A stretch of 64,000 nucleotides of DNA from Paragordius varius (Eukaryota > Animalia > Nematomorpha). The first letter of the stretch is position 1. Every line of letters begins with the position of its first letter. Shown one piece after another: positions 22,601-35,726 of the stretch. Position numbers and translations under genes: made by a program. Below the pieces are notes generated by a model that was given only the letters and a program-made list of their open reading frames with translations, did no database searches and was not told the DNA's origin. The stretch is taken from contig OZ176051.1 of the NCBI GenBank assembly GCA_964247055.1, positions 5,332,001 through 5,396,000 on the forward strand, read 5' to 3'.

Positions 22601-25600
22601 AACAACTGATTCATTAAAACAACTGATTCATTAAAACAACTGATCCATTAAAAACAAATGATTATTAAAAACAACTGATTATTAAAAAACAAATGAATAT
22701 TAAAAACAAATGATTACTAAAAACAACAAACAACAATATAAACAACTGATTAAATAACTAATTAATTTAAACAACTGATTAATTAAAACATATGATTCAT
22801 TAAAACATATGATTCATTAAAAACAATGATTCATTAAAAACAAATGATTATGAAAAACAACTGATTATTAAAAACAAATGATTACTAAAAACAACAATAT
22901 AAACAACTGATTAATTAAAACATATGATTCATTAAAACAACTGATTCATAAAAACAACTGATCCATTAAAAACAAATGATTATTAAAAAACAAATGATTA
23001 TTAAAAAAAAAGATTACTAAAAACAACAAACAACAATATAAACAACTGATTAAACAACTAATTAATTTAAACAACTTAATTAAAACATATGATTCATTAA
23101 AACAACTGATTAATTAAAACATATGATTCATTAAAACACCTGATTCATTAAAACAACTGATTAATTAAAACATATGATTCATTAAAACAACTGATTTAAA
23201 ACAATGATTCATTAAAAACAAATGATTATGAAAAAACAAATGATTACTAAAAACAACAAACAACAATATAAACAACTGATTAATTAAAACATATGATTCA
23301 TTAAAACAACTGATTCATTAAAACAACTGATTCATTAAAAACAAATGATTATTAAAAACAAATGATTATTAAAAAACAAATGATTATTAAAAACAAATGA
23401 TTACTAAAAACAACAAACAACAATATAAACAACTGATTAAAAAACTAATTAATTTAAACAACTGATTAATTAAAACATATGATTCATTAAAACAACTGAT
23501 TAATTAAAACATATGATTCATTAAATGATTCATTAAAACAACTGATTAATTAAAACAACTGATCCATTAAAATAACTAATTCATTAAAACAACTGATTTA
23601 AAACAATGATTCATTAAAAACAAATGATTATGAAAAAACAAATGATTACTAAAAACAACAAACAACAATATAAACAACTGATTAATTAAAACATATGATT
23701 CATTAAAACAACTGATTCATTAAAACAACTGATTCATTACTGATTAATAAAAACAACTGCTTTATAAAAGCAACTAATTATAAACAACTGATTATTAAAA
23801 ACAACTGATCATAAAAACTGATTCATTAAAACAACTGATTCATTAAAACGACTAATTAATTATAACAACTGATTCATTAAAACAACTGATTTAAACAATG
23901 ATTATTAAAAACAAATGAATATTAAAAACAAATGATTATTGAAAATGATTATTAAAAACAACCGACTAATAAAAACAACAATATAAACAACTGATTAATT
24001 AAAATTTTAATAATAGATTGATAAAAAATAACAAGATTGTTATAAAAAACTTGGGTTTAAATTAAACACTAAAATATACAAATAATAATTACCAAAATCC
24101 GAATCAATTTTTATGCGGGAATAAATCTGGCAAACATATTCTAAAATAAAAATATGAGAAAATATATTAAAATAAATTTTTAAAAAGGCTATTTATTTGT
24201 AATGTAATTTATAAATAATTTAAAATTTTGTTTTTACAGAGTATTTGAAGAGATTTTAGCGCTAAGAAATTACTGCCCCTTTAAAAATATTCAATAATTT
24301 TAACGCCTTTTAGACAAGTTACAGGTTACTTTAAGGAATTTTAGCAGTTTTGAAGAGTTTACAGTTTAAAGACTTTTAGCAGTTTTAAAAAAAATTAGCT
24401 TTTAAAGACTTTATTGCCGTTTTCAAAGAATTTTCGCATTTTAAAAAAGTATTTGCGGTTTTTAAGAGAATTTAAAAGATTGATAATGAAGATTAACGGT
24501 TTTCAAGTGAAAATGAGTAAATTTTTAAATTGTAGCGGTTATTTGATAAAAGGTTAGCTGTATTTATTAATAAAATTAACTTATTAATAATAGTTAGCTA
24601 TTTTTAAAAATTAACCTTAAAATTTAGCCGGTTCTAGAAATGATTTCGCGGTTTTTTAAAAAAAAATTTAGCGGTCTTAAAAAGACTTTTAGCATTTTTA
24701 AGGAATTTTAGTAGAGTAGTTAGAAAAGAAATTTACAGTTTAAAAAGAGTTTTTAGCTGTTTTAAAAGAGTTTTTAGCTGTGTTTTAAAAGAGTTTTAGC
24801 TGTTTTAAAATTTAGCTGTTTTAAAAGAGTTTTAGCTGTTTTAAAAGAGCTTTTACGGTTTTAAAAGAATTTTAGCGGTGTTAAAAGAATTTGACCAGTT
24901 TTTAGAGTGTTATCCAGTTTTAAAAGAATTTTAGCAGTTTTTTAGATAATTTTAGCAGTTTTTAAAGAGTTTAACCAATTTTTTAGGACAATTTTAGCAG
25001 TTTCTAAATAATTTTAGGCGTTTTAAAAAATTTTTGAGGTTTTAAAGAATTTTACCAGTTTTAAAAATTTTTAGCAGTTTTTTATATAATTTTAGCAGTT
25101 TTTTATATAATTTTAGCAGTTTTTTAGATAATTTTAGCAGTTTTTCAGATAATTTTAGCAGTTTTTTAGATAATTTTAGCAGTATTTAAAAAATTTTAAA
25201 AAATTTAGCAGTTTTTAAAGAATTTTAAAAGTTTTGCCAGTTTTTAGACGGTTTAACCAATTTTTTAGATAATTTTAGCAGTTTTTAAAAATTTATAGCA
25301 GTTTTTAAATAATTTTAGGCGTTTATAATAATTTTAGAGATTTTTAAATAATTTTAGAAGTAAAAGATTTTTTGATTTTAGCAGTTTTAAAAGAGTTTTT
25401 GCTGTTTAAAAAGAGTTTTAGCTAGCTGTTTTAAATAAAAGTTTTAGTGGTTAAAAGCGACGAGTTAAGATAATATTTATCTGTTTTAAATAACTTAGCC
25501 ATTTTTTAGAAATATAGGTAATTTTAACACAAAATTTAGCGGTTTTTATAGAGAATTTTGAAGTATTTAAATATGATTTAGGGGTTTTAAAAAGAAAATT

Positions 25601-26600
25601 TAGGAGATGAGTTACATTAAAGGTTAGTGGTTTTTTTAAATACTAGCGGGGTTTTAATAAAAAGTTGCCTGTTTTTTATATAAAATTTAACGCTTTTTCA
25701 ACGATAAGTAGCTATTTTTTGGAAATAAACTTTAGAATTGAGCGTTTTTTAAAAAAGTGATTTACTATTTTTTTAAATATTTTAAGCCGTTTTTTTTAAT
25801 GAATTTTGGTGGTTGCTGGATTATTAAAGGGGATTTAAGATAATTCAACACTTTTTTAAATTTTAAAAGTCTTTTTGGAAAATTTCAGGAAATTTTAAAG
25901 TAAATTTATTAAGTTTTTGAAATTTTAAATTTTTAGCTTTAAATGAGCCATTATCATAGAATTTTCTTCTGTTTAAAATTTAAATAATATATTAGGAATT
26001 TTTACGTTTTTAAAAATTTCAGCGCTTTTTTATAAAATATCTACGCTTTTTAGATACAAAAAACTAGCCATTTTAAGCAAACTATTTATTTAAGCATACT
26101 TTGGGGGAGTTTTTTAAGAATTTTAACGCTTTTTTAGACTTGAAAAAAATTAACTAATTTGAAAAATTTTAGTTTTTTAAAGTAATTTAAAAGCTTATGG
26201 AGGAGTTTAAAATACTAGCTTTCTCCTAACAATCCAATTTAATAAATTTTTTGTTCTATTTTAGATAAAAAATGAGAATTTTAGGGTTTTTTAAAAAATT
26301 TCAGCGCTTTTTTATTGAATTTCTACTTAAGGTATTTTTATTAATACTATATTAATAATATAAAGTAATTTTAGCCTTTTTGAAGAATATTAGGGATTTT
26401 AAGTTTATTAAAAAAATTTCTTTTTAAAAATTAAAAAACTTAGCGTTTTAGCATTTCAATAAACATACCGGCTCTTTTAAGTATTCACAAAAAATATTAG
26501 CATAAACCATTAAGAAGTTTTAGTACTTTTACAATGCCGCTTTCTATTTTATTAAAAAAATTTTGGTAAAAATTCCGCAGTTTTTAGAAATTTTCACGTT
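19690..26600. repeat. Composite satellite: alternating tttagc(a/g)gtttt arrays and aaaacaactgatt arrays with a duplicated spacer
   Basis: ~19-20-nt units at 19.7-20.65, 21.34-21.72 and 24.24-26.6 kb; 16-17-nt units at 20.85-21.14 and 21.8-24.0 kb. Spacer aaataataattaccaa...catattctaaa at ~21150 and ~24080. Confidence 0.9.
21880..24010 (+). repeat. Minisatellite (aaaacaactgattcatt)n with higher-order blocks
   Basis: Over 100 variant 16-17-mers. The block aaaacaacaaacaacaatataaacaactgatta recurs at ~22120, 22720, 23020, 23250, 23410 and 23650. Confidence 0.95.
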
Positions 26601-26809
26601 TAAATACTATACAGCTTGAAATATTTAGGATATTCAAAAAAAGTTTGAATATTGCAGATTAGTGATATTTTAGATATAAAAGTTCATCTCTAATATATTT
26701 GTGTTGTTATATACACTTATTCAACAATTAGTTAAAAATATTTTATATAAACAAGTAATTGAATATATTAAATATATTTATTCAACACGCACGCACCATA
26801 ATTAAAAAA

Positions 26810-27600
26810 TATAATAACACAAGTTATCATGCCTTGTAGGAATATATAATTAAATAGATGAGCATTTATTTAATTCTTTATTATTGCATAGAATTGATAA
26901 TATTTGCTAGCTTTTTATTAAAACTTGACATAAAGAAAATATAGGACTCAAACTTAATTGTAACATATGTTAAACTTTTTGTGTTAATTTCCTTTGACAA
27001 AAAAATAAATATTCAAAAGAGAACCATTCATCCCTTATAGCAATATATTTAATAAATAGACATTTATTTGATTCTTACATGGGATATTTCCGTTGAATCG
27101 ATATTTGCTAGCTTTTTATTTAAACTTAAGATAAAGAAAATATTCGACTCAAACTAAATTGTAACATATGTTAAACTTTTTGTGTTAATTTCCTTTGACA
27201 AAAAAATAAATATTCAAAAGAGAGCCATTCATCCCTTATAGCAATATATAATTTAATAAATAGACATTTATTTGATTCTTAATAGGATATTTGCGTTGAA
27301 TTGATAATATTTGCCAAGTTTTTATTCAATAACATAAAGAAAATATACGACTCAAACTAAATTGTAACATATGTTAACCATTTTGTAATATTTTCCTTTA
27401 ACAAAAAAATAAATATTCAAGATCAAGTGAGTCATTCATACCTTATAGCAATATATAAAATAGATATACATTTAATTCTTAAATAGGATTTTGCGTTAAA
27501 TGATAATATTTGCTAGGTTTTTATAATTTAACATAAAGAAAATATACGACTCAAACTAAATCATATGATAAACTTTTTGTATTGATTTCCTTTCACAAAA
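26810..27600. repeat. Tandem repeat, ~200-bp unit, ~4 copies
   Basis: actcaaact anchor at 26946, 27147, 27350 and 27549, with shared flanking sequence. Confidence 0.9.
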
Positions 27601-27789
27601 TGTATAATTTATCTTGAAAATTAACAAGATTAAAGCTAGAAATATCCAACATTAAATAAGCTATTTATTCCAAAAATTACACTGATATTAATTTTTCTAG
27701 CGTTTGAAATTTACAAAAGATAAAATTATCAACCAAAAGCAAAAGATCGAAAAAATCATGCAAAATCAAATCAATAATAGTGTTCTTTA

Positions 27790-28141
27790 CTGTGATTTAT
27801 TATAATATAAACAAAACATGCGAAACTTACTAATGATTAGGCTTGTTACAGTTTTGCATTTCGGTTGCTCTTCCACATGTCTTCACAGATCATTGTTCAT
27901 TGTTTACGATATCCGTTTAAGGTTAGACTATAAATTAAAAAAATATTTTTACCTTAAATGGTGGGTTTCTAGAAGAATTTGTCAAGTTTCTCTTTATTCT
28001 TTGCACTTGTTTCGTCTAAATAATTAATAAATATGAAAAAATTACCATAATAAAATGATCCATCTTAGGAATACATTGCATAACCGGAAAGAGATAGGAA
28101 GAGAAGCATAGCATGCATTCTATCCATAAAATGTAATTTAC
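27790..28141 (-). ncRNA. Candidate spliced non-coding or small-ORF transcript
   Basis: Four consecutive AT-rich GT-AG segments (28120-28141, 22 nt; 28016-28045, 30 nt; 27928-27952, 25 nt; 27790-27830, 41 nt, GTAAGT donor) separate GC-richer blocks. The only spliced ORF is 51 aa (28114-27904). Confidence 0.4.
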
Positions 28142-28183
28142 AAAAAAAAAATTAAAATAATAAAATAATTAAATTTATTACGC

Positions 28184-28360
28184 TTTATATAGGGGGGAAA
28201 GCACACGTGTGTGCGCTCACCCAATCAAATTAATGTGCGCATTGCGCCTTTTCTCCCCCCTTCTGGAAAAATCATACACGTATTTTTTCCCTTTCTCTCT
28301 TGTTTGTTTGTTCTCACACACATATTGTATTATAATGCTTCTCACTCTCGCGCACGTGCA
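28184..28360 (-). promoter_or_regulatory. Promoter-like GC island (TATA, CCAAT, two CACGTG E-boxes)
   Basis: Minus-strand TATATAAA at 28184-28191, CCAAT at 28221-28225, CACGTG at 28204-28209 and 28353-28358, in otherwise very AT-rich DNA. Confidence 0.45.
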
Positions 28361-29308
28361 AAATTTTTTGATCTTATTTAGGATGATGCAATGATGGAAA
28401 AAATAAATAAAATTGATAAATAATTTTAAAATATTTTAAAATCCAAATATAGTATATCTATTTAGGTGATGTTTGATGAAATATTCCTAATATTTTTTAA
28501 TGATATGTTAAATTATTACTTAATATGTTAAATTTAAAATGCTTTAAGATATCAAAAATAATTTAGAAAAACATAATTATTCCTAATTCTATATATATAA
28601 ATTTTATCTAATCCTTATATTTATATATATGTAAATTTTATTGGTAGTATATGTCAAATACGGGATTAATTAAAGTTGATCGCAATTTTTTTAGTTTTGT
28701 TTGAAAATTTAAATATTTTAATACACTTTTATAGAAATATATGTAAAATTTTGCCTTTTGATCTGCACAAATATTTGTAGATAATTAAACATTATATGAT
28801 TTATAAGGCAATATTTCATTTCAATTTTGTTTTATAAGGATTAAAAGCTGTCTGGATGTAAATTTTTTGATAAATTTTGAACACAAAATAAGTTATAACG
28901 TTGACTTTTATTCTTATAAATCATTAAAATCAATGAGATATTATAGCAGCATATACTTTATAAGTTAAATATCTTTTATACTATATTGAAATAAGTAACT
29001 TAATAATTAATTTGATATTTATCAATTTTATCATTAATTAGGAATATGAAACTCACACTAAATCTGAATTACTAATATTTGACTTTTTCGATATTGTAAA
29101 AGCTGGGTGACAAACTGAGATGATGTTGGATAGTTTTATTATTAACTCTGGCACGAATTAATATTAGTTCCAGTAGTTTTGTAGTTCCAGTAGTTTTGGA
29201 AAAAGCTAATTGATATCCTTTGGATAGCTCTTTCAACAATCATACATTATTATATTCTAAAGTGTAAAACCAACAAAAATATTTCAATTACTTTAATACA
29301 GATTTAAT

Positions 29309-29425
29309 TTTAGGGTTTTCGAATTTGTGAGCTAGAGTTAGGGTGAGGGATTGGAGTTGGTTCGTTTTTTTAAAGAAGTCCGCAGGACTTCCTCGGTCTG
29401 CGAAGCAGGCCGCGACCCACGCGTT
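29309..29425 (+). repeat. Short interspersed repeat, family B (most complete copy)
   Basis: Scattered ttaggg units followed by hairpins gaagtcc-gca-ggacttc and ggtctgc-gaa-gcaggcc, then gcgacccacgcg. Confidence 0.8.
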
Positions 29426-30120
29426 TCTTTTTTAAATATTTTTGTAAAAAAATTATATTTACTAAACTTTATTTTATAAATATCAATATGTGAAATAATA
29501 TTAATATCGGATAGATATTGTAACTCTCGTCTAAAATTATTTTTTGACTAACAATTATGTGCTAGTTTCAGGAAAGAGGATCAATGGATAAAAAAACATC
29601 TTAGTTGAAAAGTTTTCAATTATAAACAATGTTGAAATATAATTATTATCCTATCCTTAACATTTAATAGGCATAGTTATTTATTATTAATTAGATATAC
29701 TTGAAAGTTCAATCTACTAAATTAATATTAATATCTACTTAATGTGTGATTAATGCTCAAAGATAATTTTAAACTCTTCTATAATATTTGCATACAATTC
29801 CCTATTTTTTGGCTTTCTCTAATACTAATAAACTAGTATCTTTATTCCAAATTAAACTACACACGTTTTTGTGTCTGATTTGATTGGGAACATTCATTGT
29901 TAAATTGAAAACTTAATATAACTCAAAATATATTTATGGCATATTTTAATCTTTAAACTAATGATAAGACATATTTCGAAGTAAAGGTCAAAAGTTAATA
30001 ACATTTAAAATGTAAGATAATATCATCTATGCCAAAAGACTATTATATTATATATAGTGTTTATAACCAATATATCCCATTATTAAAAATAAAAAGAACT
30101 TTAATTATTATATTGTATAA

Positions 30121-30222
30121 TTAGGGTTATAAGTGGTTTAAGGTTTTCGAGTTTGTTGACTAGGGTTAGGGATTGGAGTGTTCATTTTCTTATAGAAGTC
30201 CGCATGGAGACCCACGTTCTTT
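30121..30222 (+). repeat. Short interspersed repeat, family B (internally deleted)
   Basis: tagggttagggattggagtg...gaagtccgca...gacccacg aligns to 29309-29425. Confidence 0.75.
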
Positions 30223-31904
30223 GTTAAATTTAAAGTTGTTCATAACAAAATTTCGCTGATAGATGAGCATTGGTTATAAATATTTTATCGAGGTTATGTC
30301 TTATATATAATAATACATCTTATATTGATATTATCAACTCAGATAAATTAGTTGTATAATTTTAGAAAGTATTGTTAGCAATAAAACATTTCAGTTGGAC
30401 ATTTTTTGTAATTGACTTAATATACATCGCCAATTTGCCAATTAGACCACTTATGATTTTAAATTGAAAAATACTTAAAAATTAAATAAAGAGATTGCAA
30501 TATAAATTCTAAATTTTATAATATGAGTATATACTGATTAAAATCTAAAAAATATTTATCACCCAATAATATATAATAAAATCCTATATTTATTACCTTT
30601 TATAATAATCAATCATAAAAATTTTTATTTAATTTTGGAAAACTCCTCTTTACAAAAACTAATATTTAAATTAAATTTTTCATAAATATTGCTCAATAAA
30701 ATAAATTTATCAATATATAAATTAGTAAAAAATTAATGAAAGTATAGTCAAAGATTTCGAGGGAATGATTGAGGCTTATAGGCACATTGCTTTACGGCAT
30801 GCTTTCTCTCCACAGATTATTTATCAAAATTTTCAGTCGTGCTTTTATTTACATAATTTTAAATATCTGGATTATGGATCGAAAAGTACTTTTGAAAAAT
30901 GGTATTATATAGTCGAAATTATAAAATAAAATTCAATAACACTAATATATTTTCATATATATGTGCATACGATTTTCGCCAAAAATATATATTTTTTATC
31001 TTGGCTTACAAATCAGGTTAAATAGTACCAAAACATTAATTATGTTTATACCCCTGGATTTAATTGTGCCCTTTATCATAAAGAAAAATTTAGATTATGT
31101 TAAATTAATTTTTTAAAATTGATGTGATACTATTTGAAATAAATACAAAAATATACATTAGAATTTACTTTATTTTTTATTTTTAATTATAGTTATTTTA
31201 AAAAAATGTATACAATTTAAGTTTTATTCAAGAGACACATTACTACCTTAAACATTTTTTTATTGACATAATGAACTATTTAGCGATAAAACTATGCTTT
31301 CGCTTAAATTTTAAAATTTTTCATATATTATTTTATTTCGTTTATATCAGGCGAAACTCACACATGCATAAATTCAAAAATTTTCAACGCAAGCCACACT
31401 CTTTTTGACAATCATCTTTTCTCGCCTAATTTTAAATTACATATCGTTTATTTATAGATAGTTTCCAAATATTAACGAACATTTATATTTATAAAAATTT
31501 TTAATTTGTATCATGATATAGAAAATAAAAGAAGATTGATAATCAGCATATATCCTATGTTTATCAATATTAAAAAAATATTATTTTATAAACATATAAT
31601 TAATCTACGTTCGTTTCTTCGCAATGCTAAAATTTTTTCATTTCTTTATTAAATTTTCTAATCAACTTACTGCAAAATATAATTGCAAATAAATTGATAA
31701 ATTTACATTGTATAATTTCTACTGGATTAAGGGCTTTCAATTGCATATGTAGCAGTTTATGTTTCAGCGACATTCTATTTACTAATTTACGGTTAACAAA
31801 TTAATGCACGAATGAGTTTGTAACAAAACATAAACAATGCTTTATCTATCTTACTACATACTTTTATGGATAACTAAGGTTTTTTTCCTTAATTCTAATT
31901 ATAG

Positions 31905-32287
31905 TTGGCATCGTATGCTGGATCACAAACTTTTGAAATAGATTATGAAAATAATCAGTTTTTGAAAAATGGTCAACCTTATAGATATATATCAGGAACC
32001 ATGCATTACTTTAGGGTTCCTGCCGAGTATTGGCAAGATCGCCTTGAAAAGCTCAAATATATGGGTTTGGATGCTGTTCAAACGTATGCCTTATTTTTAT
32101 ATATATAACCTTTAGATATGTGGCCTGGAACTTTCACGAAAAAGTCAAAGGTGTTTTTAATTTTTCTGGCGATCGCGATTTATTCAAATTTTTATCGCTT
32201 GTCAATAGTACGAATCGCGATGTCACACTTAGACTTGGTCCATACATTGATGCAGAATGGGGATTTTTTCACAACAATATAAAATAG
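31905..32287 (+). pseudogene. GLB1: GH35 beta-galactosidase, 5' exons only, truncated at the duplication breakpoint
   Basis: Exons 31905-32083 and 32116-~32263 (32-nt intron) give [59 protein letters not shown]...LRLGPYIDAEWG, then run into UBA3-intron sequence and stop at 32285-32287. A hydrophobic upstream exon is possible near 31730-31790. Confidence 0.9.
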
Positions 32288-33451
32288 ATTGGAACTTACG
32301 TAGCCTTATCACACAACCATGTAAACAAATCAGGAGTGTCAACACGTTTTTTGCAGTACGCAAAAGTACTCTATACTAAATGTTACAAAAATAAAAAATT
32401 GGATTTTAATTAAAAATTTACGATTATTTATAAAATATATCATCCAAAATTGAGCTCATAATAAATAAATAAATTATTTAATCAGCCTACAAAATATCTG
32501 TTTTCAACACCCCTTATGTAGACGATTATATTGGCGGAAATTATTTTATAGCAGGAATACTGATCAGGCCAGACTTTTGCCTATCTTTTAGAGTGTATAC
32601 TCGTTTTTAAACAGTTTTCTTTCTTTGTATTTTAAATTGCCTTCGAAAGGAGCACATTGGTAAAAGACGGAGTTAATAAAATAAAATTTGGATTATTTTC
32701 ATAAAATAAAAAATGTTACATTCTATTATGGAGTGAATTCGTATCAACCCCTTTTAATGGGTATTATTGATTCATTATTAATTATTTTATATGATGGGTG
32801 ACATATATTTGACTTTGTTATACATTTGCATCTTCTTTTATAATGTTTGAAATAAACTATAAGTTTTCAGGATATGTTTTATAATAAATTATTCTTTGCA
32901 TATATAAAATAATTTTAATAGATTAACTTTCCTTTATGCACTATCGCTAATCGCCCTCGCCTACCAGAACACTGTATAGAATATGTGCGTTTAATTGAAT
33001 GGCCTAAAGTTAAGCCTTTTGGAGGTACATATACCATATTACGTTTTACTATAAATTTATTTATCATATATTTTCTTTTGTAAAAATATAATTTTAGAGT
33101 TTTAAAGACATTATAAAATTAATTATCACTTTGGGTTGTTTTTAAAATTTAATGAATTTTGGTATATAAAAGGCTGTTATAATTTTCCATAAAATGGCTA
33201 ATAAAATCAGTAAGAATTATTTGCTTTTGTCGATTATAAAGTTAAATATTACAATCTCTAATATACAATTATTTCTTTTTTTTGGTTTTTTTTAAGTTTA
33301 GTGATTCCCTTCTAAATATGAAAATATTTTAGACGTTGAGATTGATGGAGATAATCCAGACCATTTATCCTTGATATATGATCAAAGTACCGTGCGGGCC
33401 AAAGAATATAATATACAAGGAGTTACTCTTCAATTAACACAAGGTATATTA

Positions 33452-33682
33452 CAGTAAAAATTGAAATTTTACGGACAAAACATCAAAATATTTCAACAAT
33501 ATTTTTTTAATTTTCTTTTTCTAATTATAACTCATTGTTTAAAATTGCAAAGTATATATTTTACAGTGGTAAGCAAATATTTTATATGAGAGAAATTAAG
33601 ATTTACAAAAGTATGGTTGCCTTTTGAAAAAAAATTTGTCTTTATATTTTTACGTTGTGTCCGTATAATTCAATTTTTACTG
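33452..33682. mobile_element. MITE family A (paralogue of 12140-12369)
   Basis: Same TIRs and same intronic position as in copy A. Confidence 0.75.
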
Positions 33683-35438
33683 TGTTAAACTTTTAAGTTG
33701 TGCTTTTATTTGATAAAATATTTTCCACGATAAAAATTTAAATTATACGACGAATATCTTTTAAAAAGAAAACGATGTTTAGCACAATATACAATAGAGA
33801 TGTAAATTGTTAATACATTCAATTATATAATTCAAATATAGCGTTGGAAAGATTAATTAGGGTTTAAAAAAGTATGGTTGTTTTATACAAATAATTTTTC
33901 CAGTTTTTACACTTTCTTTATAAATATAATTTACTCTATTTTTTATTTTTTTGATATTTTTAAGGGGTCATAAAGAGACTTATCCCTGCAGTAGCAACGA
34001 CAAATGCCGTCATAGCTGGTATATAATTTTATTATTTATCAAGGATTTAAACCGCGGAGCTGTTTTTGGTTAAAATAAAAAATTTAAAAATGTTTTTATT
34101 GGAATTGTTTTACAAGGTTTTATAATTCCAAATGAAAAATTTGTTGTCTTAATTTCTGTTATTTTTAATAAATTTATTTTATTTTCGCAGTAGTACAGTT
34201 AAATTAAAATATTAATTAAATACATAAATAAAAGACAAATTTTTTTTTACAAACTAATTGCTAAACGAAATGAGATGTAAATTGGTAACACGTATTCAAT
34301 TTTATTTATACAATACTTGTTGGTTAAATTGAATTCAAGTGTCTAAATTCGTTATTTATCATAAAATCATATTATTCTTTATTTTTCATGTTTTGTATTT
34401 AATCTAATTTTTACTCTATCTTTTTAGCTATGTGTGCAATAGAAACATTCAAAATAGCTACCAAGTATATCTTATAGAATATCTCTTATAGGATTTTATT
34501 TATAATTTCTTACAATGGTCTTCTTTAATATAAGTAAAAAAAATGGTAAATTTTTTAAAATAACTAATTTATAAACTAATATCAGCATTAATTATACGGA
34601 CAACAATTTTTTTATGAAGAAACGAATTAGGATATGAGTAACATGTCGCGTTACGATCTTTAATATTTAATACAGTGATCCCTAAAAACAAGCGGGGAAC
34701 AATAATATTTAAACCTAAATGACCACATTGTATATTTTTTTCAAATTTTATTAAAAAAAGTTTTATCCTATATCAAGTTGCGATATAAACAAATTTACCT
34801 AAAATAAGGCAATGATGAGACATTATATTTAACATCTTAATTGTTAATTATTGAATTTATAAATTAAGGAAAAATTATCCACATAATAATTATGTTTTAA
34901 ATAAAATCAATATGCGTGATTTTAAATAGATTTATTTTATTGTTGGTATTATAAAATGTATAGTTCTAAATTAGTTAAGTCATATTGTTTTATAATGTCT
35001 TATCAATTTTTTATTCGATTTCTCATTATATTTTATTTAATTTTTATATTTCATGTCAAGTTCGAAATTGGTTGAAACTTTATATATAATAGGGTTATTC
35101 TTTTAAAAAATGTGTAAATTACGTAATTATGGTAATTTGTGTCTTTATAGATAGATTGTAGAGACATATGTATATACTTAAACAAAATAAAAGATCATTC
35201 ATTACCTTATATATGTAAAATTTGATTGTTTTTTGGCTCATATTATTAATAAAAGGTATATTTGCCTTTTATCAATATTCTGCTCAAAAAAGTTTATGTA
35301 AATTTTATTTTTCTTTTAACAAGCTGTTTTCCGTTGGTAAACAATTATCTTTTCAACGATACAGACGGTGTTTATGGATATGCATATACCACAGAAAAGC
35401 GTGAAGTTTATTTTAGCTTTCATGATTATATCATATTA

Positions 35439-35726
35439 CAATAAAAATTGTAATTATACGGACAAAACATAAAAATATAAAGACAAATATTTTTTTCTAA
35501 AAGACAACCATACTTTTAAAACCTTAATTTTTTTAAATAAAAGTCATCTTTTTGAGTGGAAAAATATAAAATAGTAGAGTAAATTGGTAACATTTCATTT
35601 ATTAATTTCAAATTTGTAATAAAGTTTATGTAAAAACTATCACATTAAAAAGTATGGTTGATTTTCAGATCAAAATATTTGTCTTTATATTTTTACGTTT
35701 TGTTCGTATAATTTCAATTTTTACTG
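35439..35726. mobile_element. MITE family A
   Basis: ta-caataaaaattgtaattatacggac ... cgtataatttcaatttttactg-ta. Confidence 0.78.

Noticed and set aside
21880-24010. CRISPR-like appearance of short repeats (also 36540-36925)
   Set aside because: Units are contiguous with no unique spacers, there are no cas genes, and the context is eukaryotic.
26810-27600. Tandem snoRNA cluster
   Set aside because: No consistent C (RTGATGA) and D (CTGA) boxes or H/ACA fold were seen.
29309-30175. Interstitial telomere
   Set aside because: Only isolated TTAGGG units within a dispersed repeat, not a tandem array.
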